Source of the DNA: Aquificaceae bacterium
Lineage (GTDB): Bacteria > Aquificota > Aquificia > Aquificales > Aquificaceae
Assembly: GCA_037924335.1 (NCBI GenBank)
Contig: JAXSMZ010000013.1
Location: 1 to 37,203, forward strand
Length of the DNA stretch: 37,203 nucleotides
Direction: 5' to 3'
In this document: positions 11,223 through 21,497 of the stretch, piece after piece
How the letters are laid out: each line of letters begins with the position of its first letter
Numbering within the stretch: the first letter of the stretch is position 1
The notes under the pieces: model-generated
What the model was told of the DNA's origin: nothing
The model's input: the letters and a program-made list of their open reading frames with translations, nothing else
Database searches by the model: none
Made by a program: the position numbers and the translations under genes

Positions 11223-11920
11223 GTATGTTTACTCATATGCTGTGGTTTGAAGAGCTTCCTTCAACTCAGGACTTCTTGAAAGATAAAAGCCTTCCCTTTG
11301 GAACTGTAGTTGTATCCAACAGACAAACGAGGGGAAGAGGAAGGTACGGAAGGTCGTGGCACTCTCAAGATGGAGGGCTTTACTTTAGCTTCCTTTTGGA
11401 AGATATGAATAACCTTCAGGAACTTCCACTTGTTTTTGGCTTATCTGTGTGTGAGTTTCTTGAAAGCTTGGGCGTTGTACCAAGCATAAAATGGGTTAAC
11501 GATGTTTACGTAAAGGGTAAGAAGATATGCGGCATACTTGTAGAGAAGAGTAAGGGAAAAGTTATAGTGGGGATAGGTCTCAACGTAAATCAAGGTTCCT
11601 TTCCCAAAAACCTACAGGCAACTTCCATGCTTTTGGCCTCTGGGAGGGAGTACAAATGCGTTGATGTTCTCCTGATACTAACTGATTACATATTAAAAAA
11701 CTTGGACCTTTTTAAGAGTAAGGGGTTTTTAGCCTTGCGGGACAAAATAAAGGCTAGGTTACTTTTCCTTGACCAAGAGGTTATAATCTACAATGACCCT
11801 CCAGTTGTTGGTATACTTACTGACCTTTCTGAAAAGGGCGAGCTGGTGATTACAACCGCAGAGGGCAGTAAGAAGATAATAAGTGGAGAACTAACTCTGA
11901 GAGGCTTTGGGCTCTCTTAA
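11219..11920 (+). CDS. birA: Biotin-protein ligase (no HTH domain)
   Basis: STQD, QTRGRGRYGRSW, IKWVND, KKICGIL, GIGLNV. Confidence 0.92.
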   Translation: MSMFTHMLWFEELPSTQDFLKDKSLPFGTVVVSNRQTRGRGRYGRSWHSQDGGLYFSFLLEDMNNLQELPLVFGLSVCEFLESLGVVPSIKWVNDVYVKGKKICGILVEKSKGKVIVGIGLNVNQGSFPKNLQATSMLLASGREYKCVDVLLILTDYILKNLDLFKSKGFLALRDKIKARLLFLDQEVIIYNDPPVVGILTDLSEKGELVITTAEGSKKIISGELTLRGFGLS

Positions 11921-11922
11921 AG

Positions 11923-13392
<1,470 letters not shown>

Positions 13393-14154
13393 TTAATTAT
13401 ATTCCAATACATCCCTAAGAGTACCTTTGTCCCCATCAACTTTAAAGAGGTAGGCTTCTACGCTCCCAATAATAAAGCTAAGCTTCATCTTGACAGGAAG
13501 ATAGGTCCTTTTATCTATCCAAAGGTACCACCTGCCCTTGGGCTTTAAAAGCCCTTTCGTGTCTATGTTTGGATATACCTCAACCATCCTTGTCTCAAAT
13601 TCCCCAACATCCATAAGTACCCTATCTTTTTCAAGAACAGCGTATGGAAGTGTATACCTTTTGTCATCATAAAACATGAGAACGTCCCCATTCCCTTTTA
13701 CAGCCGTATCTCTGTAAAGTATGAGACTTGCTGTATAAGGGTCAACGTAGTTGGAGTAATCGTAAGTTTTCTCTTCGCTCTTTTCTATCTGATCGCTTAG
13801 CTTCTTGTATTTTACCTCTCTTACGTGTATCTTTCCGTCGTTAAATCTATACTCTTGATACCTTTTAAACTCACCCTCCTCTTGGTAGTATCTAAAGCTT
13901 ATAGGGCTTAGATGTTCCTTTCCAATAAGAGCTTCACCCCTGTTGTAAACTCTTTTTACAAGCTTACCTACGTTTATTGTTCTTACAAAGCTCGAAACGT
14001 GCAAAAAGCGCCCTTTATCTTCGTAGGTTATGCATGTCTCAGCTACTGGTATAAAAATAAAGTAAGCTCTGTAGCATGCTGTGAGTTCCTTAGTCCAGGA
14101 GAGTAAGGGGGAGAACATTAAAAGGATGATAACCTTCTGAGCTCCTCTACCCAA
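13393..14154 (-). CDS. Exported hypothetical protein (DUF3108-like)
   Basis: Signal-peptide-like start; beta-rich; C-terminal YLWID...LPVKM pattern. Confidence 0.5.
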   Translation of the reverse strand: MGRGAQKVIILLMFSPLLSWTKELTACYRAYFIFIPVAETCITYEDKGRFLHVSSFVRTINVGKLVKRVYNRGEALIGKEHLSPISFRYYQEEGEFKRYQEYRFNDGKIHVREVKYKKLSDQIEKSEEKTYDYSNYVDPYTASLILYRDTAVKGNGDVLMFYDDKRYTLPYAVLEKDRVLMDVGEFETRMVEVYPNIDTKGLLKPKGRWYLWIDKRTYLPVKMKLSFIIGSVEAYLFKVDGDKGTLRDVLEYN

Positions 14155-14441
14155 AGCTCAAACTCCTCAACCATAGACGGATGGTTATGCTTTTTAGCTT
14201 TTTCTATACCCTCTTTCAACACTTCAATAGCCTTTTCATAATCCCCTAGTTCTTCGTAACATTTGGCAAGAATTCTGTAGCCAGCTCCTTCATCCTCCTT
14301 GAGTTTTATATAGACCTCCATATGATGCACAGCTCTCTTATACTCTTCCCTTTTGTAGTACTCTAAACCAAGTGAGTAGTGAACCATGGGGTTGTTTGGA
14401 GCTTTTTCAAGTAAGTCCAGAAAGTAGCTCAGCTTATCCAT
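14118..14441 (-). CDS. Tetratricopeptide repeat protein
   Basis: P-N-P-VHYSLGLEY; YRILAKCYEELGDYEKAIEVL. Confidence 0.8.
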   Translation of the reverse strand: MDKLSYFLDLLEKAPNNPMVHYSLGLEYYKREEYKRAVHHMEVYIKLKEDEGAGYRILAKCYEELGDYEKAIEVLKEGIEKAKKHNHPSMVEEFELWVEELRRLSSF

Positions 14442-15108
14442 TCAACTCTTCCTTTTTCATCTTTTGGTAAGCAGAAAGGATGTATCCAAGGAAGGCATTC
14501 TCAGGCTGTGCTCCTACAAACTCAACCAAACCATTGTTTATGACTATCTTTGGAACACCAACCACCTGGAATTTCTCTGCAAGGTCTGAATTCTCGCTTG
14601 CGTCTATTATTGTAGCCTTTATGTTATCGTTGGCTATAGCAAAGTTTACTGCCATTATGGCCGCCGATGGACAGTATCCGCAGGATGTTGTCACAAAAAC
14701 CATGATCTCCATAGGTAAATCAACAGACTCCAACATCTTGAGAGTGCTCTCTGTGAGCCTTGCCTGTCCCTTGGACACCTGCAACATAGCCTGCACCAAT
14801 GTGGTGAACTCAAGCCCTGCAGGGAGACCAACGTACCTAATGCCGTAATCTTTTTCCCCTTCTATCACTATAGTTGGAACCCTTTCAATACCATAGGTCT
14901 TTGCCAGCTCCTTATCCAATACAGGAGAATGTATGCTAAGTACCACCTTATCGGGATCAACATGGGAGAGTTCCTTAAGGAGCTCCTCTGCAGTCAAGCA
15001 CGTATCGCATCCTATAGCTTGGGAAAAAAGTTTTAGCTTTACCTTCCCTTTTAGCTCCTTATCGAAGATATCCTTTAGCTGTGACCTCACATCAAGGCTA
15101 ATGAGCAT
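14434..15108 (-). CDS. Protein disulfide oxidoreductase (two thioredoxin folds)
   Basis: CDTC and CGYC motifs, GLPAGLEF, GVPKIVIN; GGAGG SD. Confidence 0.88.
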   Translation of the reverse strand: MLISLDVRSQLKDIFDKELKGKVKLKLFSQAIGCDTCLTAEELLKELSHVDPDKVVLSIHSPVLDKELAKTYGIERVPTIVIEGEKDYGIRYVGLPAGLEFTTLVQAMLQVSKGQARLTESTLKMLESVDLPMEIMVFVTTSCGYCPSAAIMAVNFAIANDNIKATIIDASENSDLAEKFQVVGVPKIVINNGLVEFVGAQPENAFLGYILSAYQKMKKEELNG

Positions 15109-15186
15109 AGCTTCACCTCCTTAAATAAAATATAAATATATTCTAATAAAATAGTAGCCTTGAACCGTAGTATATTTAAATATACC

Positions 15187-16008
15187 ATGAAACCAGTTCT
15201 CAAACTCTCAGAGACGCATAGAGTCAAGAAGCTCCTCAGAAGTTTGAAGTTAAACACTGTTTGTGAAGAGTCTCGATGTCCCAACATATCTGAGTGTTTT
15301 TCTTGTGGAACTGCAACCTTTATGGTGCTTGGGAATGTATGCACTAGAGGGTGTACCTTTTGCAATGTAAACAGAGGGAAACCAGAAAAACCAGATAGAA
15401 CAGAGCCATACAGGCTCCTTGATGCAGTAAAAAGGATGAAACTTAGGTATGTGGTTATAACATCTGTGACAAGGGATGACTTGCCAGATGGTGGAGCTTC
15501 GCACATAGCTCAATGCATAAGGCTCATAAAGAGCAACGATGAAAATATAAGGGTTGAGGTCCTTATTCCAGATTTCAAAGGTTCCTTTAAAGCCCTAAGG
15601 ACCATCATAGATGCCAATCCGGATGTCTTAAACCACAACGTGGAAACTGTACCTAGACTATATTCAAAGGTAAGAAAGGGAGCAAACTACGAGAGAAGCT
15701 TAGAGGTTTTGAAAAAGAGCAAAGAGATAGCTCCTCATATACTTACGAAGTCAGCATTAATACTTGGGCTTGGAGAAAGATGGGAAGAGGTAGAGAAGGT
15801 ACTCGCAGACCTACTTTCCGTTGGCTGCGATATTCTGACAATCGGTCAGTACTATCAGCCTACACTAAGGCATCATCGTGTTGAGAGGTTTTATACCTTA
15901 GAGGAGTTTGAAAAATTAAAGGATATGGCGTACTCTATGGGTTTTAGATATATAGTGAGTGGGCCAAACGTGAGAAGTTCTTACAAAGCTTTTGAGGTTT
16001 TCCCCTGA
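15187..16008 (+). CDS. lipA: Lipoyl synthase
   Basis: CEESRCPNISEC, CTRGCTFC, RDDLPDGGA, VRSSY; start placed at ATG 15187. Confidence 0.95.
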   Translation: MKPVLKLSETHRVKKLLRSLKLNTVCEESRCPNISECFSCGTATFMVLGNVCTRGCTFCNVNRGKPEKPDRTEPYRLLDAVKRMKLRYVVITSVTRDDLPDGGASHIAQCIRLIKSNDENIRVEVLIPDFKGSFKALRTIIDANPDVLNHNVETVPRLYSKVRKGANYERSLEVLKKSKEIAPHILTKSALILGLGERWEEVEKVLADLLSVGCDILTIGQYYQPTLRHHRVERFYTLEEFEKLKDMAYSMGFRYIVSGPNVRSSYKAFEVFP

Positions 16009-16011
16009 CCG

Positions 16012-17388
16012 TTATAAAAGGACTAGGTCATCATCCTCCAAATACTCTCCAACCCTCACTTCTATGACTTCTGCTGGAATAAAGCCCCTGTTTTGAATGT
16101 AATATGGAGTTGCCTTGTGTACATAACCGCTGTCTCCCACGCTTATGAAACCCTCCTTTCCATTGGACTTAAGGAGAAGTGTCCCACCCAGAACCATCCA
16201 TGTCCTAGTACTGTGCATATGCATCTGTGGACCTATATCTTTGTTGGGGTAAATGGTTATCCTGTATATCTTGTAAGATGGTCCTTTATCAAGCAAGAGT
16301 CTTTTCCCCCATCTTTCGTGAATTTCTACATGATGCTTTGCTTCTTCTCTGCCCATGCCTTTGAGCATGTTGACAAGGTCTCTGACCTTTGAAGACATGT
16401 CCTTCTTAATAACCAGTATGGCGTCCCTTTCCTCAACAACGGCTATATCTTTGACTCCTATAAGACCTATGAGTCTTCCTGTACTGTAAGCTAACGTGTT
16501 CTCTGAATCTATGCATAGAACGTCTCCTATATGCGCGTTACTGCTCTTGTCATCCTTATTTGGTAATATCCTGTATAAACCGTCAAAGGAACCAACATCG
16601 CTCCAGAGTATATCCATGGGGATAACCGCTCCCTTTTTTGTTTTCTCCATTTCAACATAGTCAAAGGCTATCTCTGGAAGCTCTCTGTAGTTTTTTAGAG
16701 TGTAGTTAAAACCCTTTTGTGCAAAGCTTCCTATCTCTGGAGAATGCTCAACAAGCTCTCTTAGCCCAGTTTCTATAGTAAAGACAAAATTGCCCGAGTT
16801 CCAAAAGTATCCTCCATCCTTGAAAAAAAGCTCTGCTAAGCTAATATCTGGTTTTTCAACAAACTCAGCCATACGGTACGCACGAAAGCCACCATCTTCT
16901 ATCAAGCCCTCCCCTATCTTTATGTAGCCAAAGTTGGTATTGGGCTCCCAAGGTTTTATGCCAAAGGCAACCACGTATCCCTCTTTTGATATGTCCCCAC
17001 CAAACCGCAGGTAGTTTACATACTTCTCAACAGGTTCTATGTAATGGTCCGATGGGATGACAAAGAATACCTCGTCCTCCTTTGAGGAAAGCCTCTCGAG
17101 AGCATAAAGCATACCCAAAGCTACAGTGGGACCTGTATTTTTTCTCTCCGGTTCAAGGATCACAGAGTAGCCATCGTAAGGATAAAGGTCGTTCCTGACA
17201 TGATACTCGTATTCTTCTGACGTTGCTATGATGATATCCTCCGGTTCTAAAAGGTTTAACAGCCTTTCAAAAGTTAACCTAAGAAGAGATTTTTGACCAA
17301 AGACTTTGAGAAACTGCTTTGGATACTTTTCTCTTGACAGTGGCCAAAGCCGTGTGCCGCTTCCACCGGCCATTATAAGAGCCTTCAT
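16012..17388 (-). CDS. manC: Mannose-1-phosphate guanylyltransferase with C-terminal cupin (PMI-type) domain
   Basis: AGGSGTRLWPLSR..PKQFL, FVEKPD, WNSG, WSDVGS. Confidence 0.9.
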   Translation of the reverse strand: MKALIMAGGSGTRLWPLSREKYPKQFLKVFGQKSLLRLTFERLLNLLEPEDIIIATSEEYEYHVRNDLYPYDGYSVILEPERKNTGPTVALGMLYALERLSSKEDEVFFVIPSDHYIEPVEKYVNYLRFGGDISKEGYVVAFGIKPWEPNTNFGYIKIGEGLIEDGGFRAYRMAEFVEKPDISLAELFFKDGGYFWNSGNFVFTIETGLRELVEHSPEIGSFAQKGFNYTLKNYRELPEIAFDYVEMEKTKKGAVIPMDILWSDVGSFDGLYRILPNKDDKSSNAHIGDVLCIDSENTLAYSTGRLIGLIGVKDIAVVEERDAILVIKKDMSSKVRDLVNMLKGMGREEAKHHVEIHERWGKRLLLDKGPSYKIYRITIYPNKDIGPQMHMHSTRTWMVLGGTLLLKSNGKEGFISVGDSGYVHKATPYYIQNRGFIPAEVIEVRVGEYLEDDDLVLL

Positions 17389-17518
17389 GCATATTATTAT
17401 AAGTGGCTTTGATGATTATCTATTATCAATTAATGCCAAGCTCTTTACAAACTTTTTACTGTAAGAATACTTATCAGTACTCCTACCCCAAATAAAAATA
17501 TAGTTTATTTTCGTCAAT

Positions 17519-17593
17519 TTTCAATCCTTGCTCCTGCAGGCTCATAGCCTCTCAACTTCCTGGGTAGCATTATGTGACTTTTGAAGTTACCCC
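17519..17593. repeat. 75-bp direct repeat, copy 1 (orphan duplicate of arsA 3' coding sequence)
   Basis: 74/75 identical to 21545..21619; single difference 17535 T vs 21561 C. Confidence 0.95.
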
Positions 17594-17638
17594 TTATGTC
17601 GCTTCCTGTCATGTTTGGTAATAATTTTTACAAAAAAT

Positions 17639-17654
17639 TGTAAAAAACAAAACA
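17639..17654. promoter_or_regulatory. NifA-type upstream activator sequence
   Basis: TGT-AAAAAACAAA-ACA; near-consensus GGT-N10-ACA at 17617-17632. Confidence 0.55.
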
Positions 17655-17673
17655 AAAAGCTCGTTGTCTTACA

Positions 17674-17689
17674 TGGCATGGATTTTGCA
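17674..17689 (+). promoter_or_regulatory. Sigma54 -24/-12 promoter
   Basis: TGGCATGGATTTTGCA, exact GG-N10-GC spacing, upstream of SD and ATG 17722. Confidence 0.85.
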
Positions 17690-17721
17690 CCTATCAAATT
17701 AAAACCCTAAAGGAGGTATAC

Positions 17722-18036
17722 ATGTGTACGTCAAAAGTTGTTTTTAAAAACAGTTGTATAGGAGCTTGTGAGGAAGGAGCAGACGTGAATGCCCAAAGGA
17801 CTGTGTGTCACACAGAGGAGGAAAAATACAGAAGTTTGAGCCTTGAGGAGCTCAAGGATGAAGTCAAGAAGCTCAAGATGATGGCAATAAACACAGCCAC
17901 AAAACTCCATGACCTGGCTGAGGAAGGGCTACCTGGAAAATGGGAAGAAATACCCCAAGTGGCGGAGGAAGCTTATAGAGTTCATAGGTCTTACTACACG
18001 GCCAAGAGGGTACTTGAAGAGAGAATTAAGTCATAG
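17722..18036 (+). CDS. CCE_0567 / Rop-like nif-associated protein
   Basis: LEELKDEVKKL...LHDLAEEGLPGKWEEIPQVAEEAY; AGGAGG SD. Confidence 0.78.
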   Translation: MCTSKVVFKNSCIGACEEGADVNAQRTVCHTEEEKYRSLSLEELKDEVKKLKMMAINTATKLHDLAEEGLPGKWEEIPQVAEEAYRVHRSYYTAKRVLEERIKS

Positions 18037-18059
18037 GTCTCTCATGTGTAAATTGGTCC

Positions 18060-18260
18060 TTATCTTTTGAACAGGTATGCCTCCTGGTCCTCTATTACCA
18101 CGTAGACCTTTTCTCCTGTCTTTAAACCCAAATCATCCACCATGCTCCTTGGTATAACCATCCTGACCTCTATGTTCTTAAACTTAACGGCTATATCTGA
18201 AAAAAACTCGCCAACATCAAGCTCGGTTATTATTCCCCTGAAGATGGCCTGTTTCTTCAT
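18060..18260 (-). CDS. Single TOBE/Mop-like domain protein
   Basis: FRGIITEL...DLGLKTGEKVYVVI pattern; last gene of nif operon. Confidence 0.65.
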   Translation of the reverse strand: MKKQAIFRGIITELDVGEFFSDIAVKFKNIEVRMVIPRSMVDDLGLKTGEKVYVVIEDQEAYLFKR

Positions 18261-18486
18261 TCAAAGCCTCCAGTTCATGTTCAAGGCACCCTACAAATAT
18301 GTTCAGTCTTGGAAAATACACAGTGTAAATTGTCTTTGTAAGCAAGAATGTGCCTATGTCCATAACTATACCTTCCTCCCCTTTATCCAAAAGGACTGCA
18401 TCCCAAGAGAGACCAGGAAAAGTTCCATCGTTCTTTATCTTCTTACGAGTTCTAACTGCATCGCCTACGTTAAACTTCCTCTCCAT
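18217..18486 (-). CDS. nifZ: Nitrogen fixation protein NifZ
   Basis: KIKNDGTFPG...GEEGIVMDIGTFL...YTVYF...VGCLEHEL. Confidence 0.9.
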   Translation of the reverse strand: MERKFNVGDAVRTRKKIKNDGTFPGLSWDAVLLDKGEEGIVMDIGTFLLTKTIYTVYFPRLNIFVGCLEHELEALNEETGHLQGNNNRA

Positions 18487-18488
18487 GG

Positions 18489-18803
18489 TTATCTTTTCTT
18501 AATTTCTAAATTCACTAAAAATGACCTGACGGCCTCCTTATGAACTTTGAACAATCGCCTTTCTATAGGGTTCGATGTGAGAAAATCCTGATAAGCTCTT
18601 TTTAGACATTCCCTAAGCTTATCGTATAAGCTTTCATCCTCTGCGCTCTCAGTGGTTCTAAGTGCTTCCTCCATGTACATGCTAAACATCTTAAGTATAT
18701 GTAGCCTGTAAGGCTTTACTATCCTTTCATCGTACTCTATGCCAAAGTACTTAAAGAAATCCTCTGCATCCTTCAAGTTTTTTAAGTCATTTAACACATT
18801 CAT
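18489..18803 (-). CDS. nifW: Nitrogenase-stabilising protein NifW
   Basis: LKDAEDFFKYFGIEYD...RLHILKMF...AYQDF...LFKVH. Confidence 0.9.
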   Translation of the reverse strand: MNVLNDLKNLKDAEDFFKYFGIEYDERIVKPYRLHILKMFSMYMEEALRTTESAEDESLYDKLRECLKRAYQDFLTSNPIERRLFKVHKEAVRSFLVNLEIKKR

Positions 18804-19011
18804 AACCCGTTCCCTCCAATCTAACTATGCATCCGTCTATGGGACATATAGCAACACATTGAGGTTCTTCATAAAATCCTTCGCACTCTGTACATAACCT
18901 TGGATCTATCTCAAACATACTCTCCTCATCATGGCTTATGGCCTTTGTAGGACATTCTTTCTCGCAAGCATAACACGATATACAATCTTCCTGCCTTATG
19001 AACATTGCCAT
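18787..19011 (-). CDS. fdxN: 2[4Fe-4S] ferredoxin, nifB-associated
   Basis: CISCYACEKECP and CTECEGFYEEPQCVAICP directly after nifB. Confidence 0.88.
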   Translation of the reverse strand: MAMFIRQEDCISCYACEKECPTKAISHDEESMFEIDPRLCTECEGFYEEPQCVAICPIDGCIVRLEGTGYECVK

Positions 19012-19012
19012 A

Positions 19013-20422
19013 TCAGACCTCTACTGTCTCATTCTTCAATACATACTTCTCATAGTATTTGACCAAAGCTTCCTCTATTGGAAGGTAAGCAAACTCGTCC
19101 ACACATTGGATTCCCCTCGGTTCCAGAACATCTCTTGGCTCAAAACCTATCTTGGCAGCGAGGACAGCTTTGCAGTCAGAAAGCTTAGAGATAATCTCCT
19201 CTAGCACCTCTCCTCCCTCAATGCAGGAGATGGACCCATGGCAGTAAGGCGTGACTTTTCTGTGATGTATAAACTTACACCCCTTTGAGGATACTTCATA
19301 TATGAGAAACTCATGAGCTGTACCAAAATGCTCGTTTACAAGCATATTACCTTTGCTGGCAACTGCAACAAGTACACTTATACCTTTATCTTCTCGAAGA
19401 GGAACAGATAGCAGTTCTCTCGCTTTTCTTAGCTTTTCCCTCTCCTTCTCTATCTCCTCGTGTATGGACTTTCTGAATTCTGGATTATAGTTTATCTCAA
19501 GTTTAGCTATCTTATCCTTGGTAAATTCCTGCCCCCGATCCTCACCCAAAAGCCCCACTGCATCAGCCCTACATTGCCTACAATGTCTCATCAAAGACAT
19601 ATGCCCCTCACACTTTTCTTGAACTTCTTTGAGCTGGCTTGGTGTTGGTGGTTTTATACCCATGCGTTGGTAAGCTGTTCCATCGCCTTCCACATAAGGC
19701 ATAATGTTATGGAGGAACGCACCCATACCTCTAACCTTCCTTGACAGTTCTTCCATCTCTTCCCCGTTTACTTCTGGTATAAAGACAGTGTTTACCTTAA
19801 CAAGTATGCCATTCTCTACACAAGCCTTTAGACCCTCATACTGTTTCTCGAGGAGTATCTTAGAAGCTTCAAGTCCTTTGTACCTTCTGTGGTTAAAAAA
19901 CACCCACGGATAGATCTTTGAAGCTACCTGTGGACTTATTGCATTTATTGTTATTGTAACATGGTCTACGTCTAACTCTTTTATCTTTTCAATGTACTCA
20001 GTGAGCTTTAACCCGTTGGTAGAGAGGCAAAGTTTTATATCAGGTGCTTTTTCCTTTATGAGCTCAAAGGTTCTAAAGGTACGCTCGGGGTTTGCCAGGG
20101 GGTCTCCTGGGCCTGCTATTCCAACAACAGTCATCCGAGGAATCTCCATAGCAACAGCCAGCACTTTCTTTGCAGCCTCCTCCGGAGTTAGAAGTTCACT
20201 AACAACTCCAGGCCTTGATTCGTTGGCGCAGTCGTACTTCCTGTTGCAGTAATTGCACTGTATATTGCAAGCTGGAGCCACAGCTACATGCATCCTGGCA
20301 TAAAAGTGGTGCGCTTCTTGGGAATAGCAAGGATGATCATGTATCTTTTCCTTTATATGGTCGGGAAGAGGGGAAAGCTCATCCGTCCCAACTCCGCATT
20401 TTTTGGCATTGCATCCACTCAT
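19013..20422 (-). CDS. nifB: Nitrogenase cofactor biosynthesis protein NifB (radical SAM + NifX-like domain)
   Basis: HPC, CNIQCNYC, ESRP, AGPG, TITIN, CRQCRADAVG, VNEHFG. Confidence 0.97.
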   Translation of the reverse strand: MSGCNAKKCGVGTDELSPLPDHIKEKIHDHPCYSQEAHHFYARMHVAVAPACNIQCNYCNRKYDCANESRPGVVSELLTPEEAAKKVLAVAMEIPRMTVVGIAGPGDPLANPERTFRTFELIKEKAPDIKLCLSTNGLKLTEYIEKIKELDVDHVTITINAISPQVASKIYPWVFFNHRRYKGLEASKILLEKQYEGLKACVENGILVKVNTVFIPEVNGEEMEELSRKVRGMGAFLHNIMPYVEGDGTAYQRMGIKPPTPSQLKEVQEKCEGHMSLMRHCRQCRADAVGLLGEDRGQEFTKDKIAKLEINYNPEFRKSIHEEIEKEREKLRKARELLSVPLREDKGISVLVAVASKGNMLVNEHFGTAHEFLIYEVSSKGCKFIHHRKVTPYCHGSISCIEGGEVLEEIISKLSDCKAVLAAKIGFEPRDVLEPRGIQCVDEFAYLPIEEALVKYYEKYVLKNETVEV

Positions 20423-20434
20423 GGTAATACCTCC

Positions 20435-20644
20435 TTACTCGCCAATTTTTTTAACCTCTATGGTTATAGGGAACCTTGGCTCTGATTCAAAAGATGGCAC
20501 TTGCAAAACCCACCCATTTGATAGCTTAAAAGTACCACCCCAGGAACCACTCTTCTGTATATCCACAACGATGGCTTCTATGTCTTTTTTAGGTATATAA
20601 ACCTCAATATGACCATTTGAGTTCTTTCTGAAGGTGGCCTTCAT
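20435..20644 (-). CDS. nifT: NifT/FixU protein
   Basis: YIPKKDIE...WGGTFKLSNGW...PITIE. Confidence 0.9.
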   Translation of the reverse strand: MKATFRKNSNGHIEVYIPKKDIEAIVVDIQKSGSWGGTFKLSNGWVLQVPSFESEPRFPITIEVKKIGE

Positions 20645-20648
20645 GATA

Positions 20649-21074
20649 TCAACCTCCTGTAAGAGCCTCTTCTCCCCTTTCCCCCGTCCTAACCGTTATG
20701 GCATCTTCAACAGGGAGAACAAAGATCTTTCCATCCCCATAATGACCTGTTCTGTTGACCTCAATGATAGCCTCTATGGCTTTTTCAACCTTGTCATCTG
20801 GAAGAACCATAACCAATAACTTCTTTGGAACGTAAACCACAGGCTTTGTTATAGTTGCTCCTTCCGCTACCAAGTAGGATGGGGTTGGTACTAACTTTGG
20901 TGCGCTTGTAGCATAAAGGGCAAGCTCACTTTCTGCATCTGACATGATAAAACCTCTCTGTTTACCCCTCCCCCATACAGAATGTATGCTCATGGCACCA
21001 CAACCTACTTTATCAAGAGCTCTCTTTGTCTCAGTATACTTTTCCCTCCGAATTATAGCCCATATCTCCTTCAT
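20649..21074 (-). CDS. nifI2: P-II family nitrogenase regulator NifI2
   Basis: MKEIWAIIR, TKRAL, GRGKQRG, long T-loop, TGHYGDGKIFVLPV. Confidence 0.85.
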   Translation of the reverse strand: MKEIWAIIRREKYTETKRALDKVGCGAMSIHSVWGRGKQRGFIMSDAESELALYATSAPKLVPTPSYLVAEGATITKPVVYVPKKLLVMVLPDDKVEKAIEAIIEVNRTGHYGDGKIFVLPVEDAITVRTGERGEEALTGG

Positions 21075-21394
21075 AGCTCCACCTCCCCAGTCCTGATGGT
21101 TATGCTCTTTTCTACGGGACTTACAAAGACCTTCCCGTCTCCTATGTTCCCAGTCCTTGCATGTTCCAATATGATGCTTTCAACCTTACTTAAGTCTTCA
21201 TCCTTTACAACCATAAGCAACAGAACCTTCGGGAGTTCTTCGTAAACTATATCTCCCACCCTCAATCCTTTCTGTTTACCTCTTCCCATTGCCGACATCT
21301 TCGTTAACGCTGGGAAGCCAGAACCTTCAAGAGCTAGCACAACTTCTTGTTCTTTTTCAGGCCTTATAAATGCTCTTACAAGCTTCATTTCCAT
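21071..21394 (-). CDS. nifI1: P-II family nitrogenase regulator NifI1
   Basis: IRPEK, GFPALTK, GRGKQKGLRVGDIVYEELPK, GDGKVFVSPV. Confidence 0.88.
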   Translation of the reverse strand: MEMKLVRAFIRPEKEQEVVLALEGSGFPALTKMSAMGRGKQKGLRVGDIVYEELPKVLLLMVVKDEDLSKVESIILEHARTGNIGDGKVFVSPVEKSITIRTGEVEL

Positions 21395-21413
21395 AACCTC
21401 CTGCTTTTCTTAT

Positions 21414-21429
21414 TGCAAAGAAGATGCCA
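21414..21429 (-). promoter_or_regulatory. Sigma54 -24/-12 promoter of the nifI1..TOBE operon
   Basis: Minus strand TGGCATCTTCTTTGCA, GG-N10-GC. Confidence 0.85.
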
Positions 21430-21458
21430 GCCTACGGCTCTAGGTTTTTGACGAAAAG

Positions 21459-21474
21459 TGTAATAAACATTACA
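21459..21474. promoter_or_regulatory. NifA-type upstream activator sequence
   Basis: TGTAAT-AAAC-ATTACA, palindromic TGT-N10-ACA. Confidence 0.7.
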
Positions 21475-21497
21475 AAATGGAATGTTTTGTAACAAAG

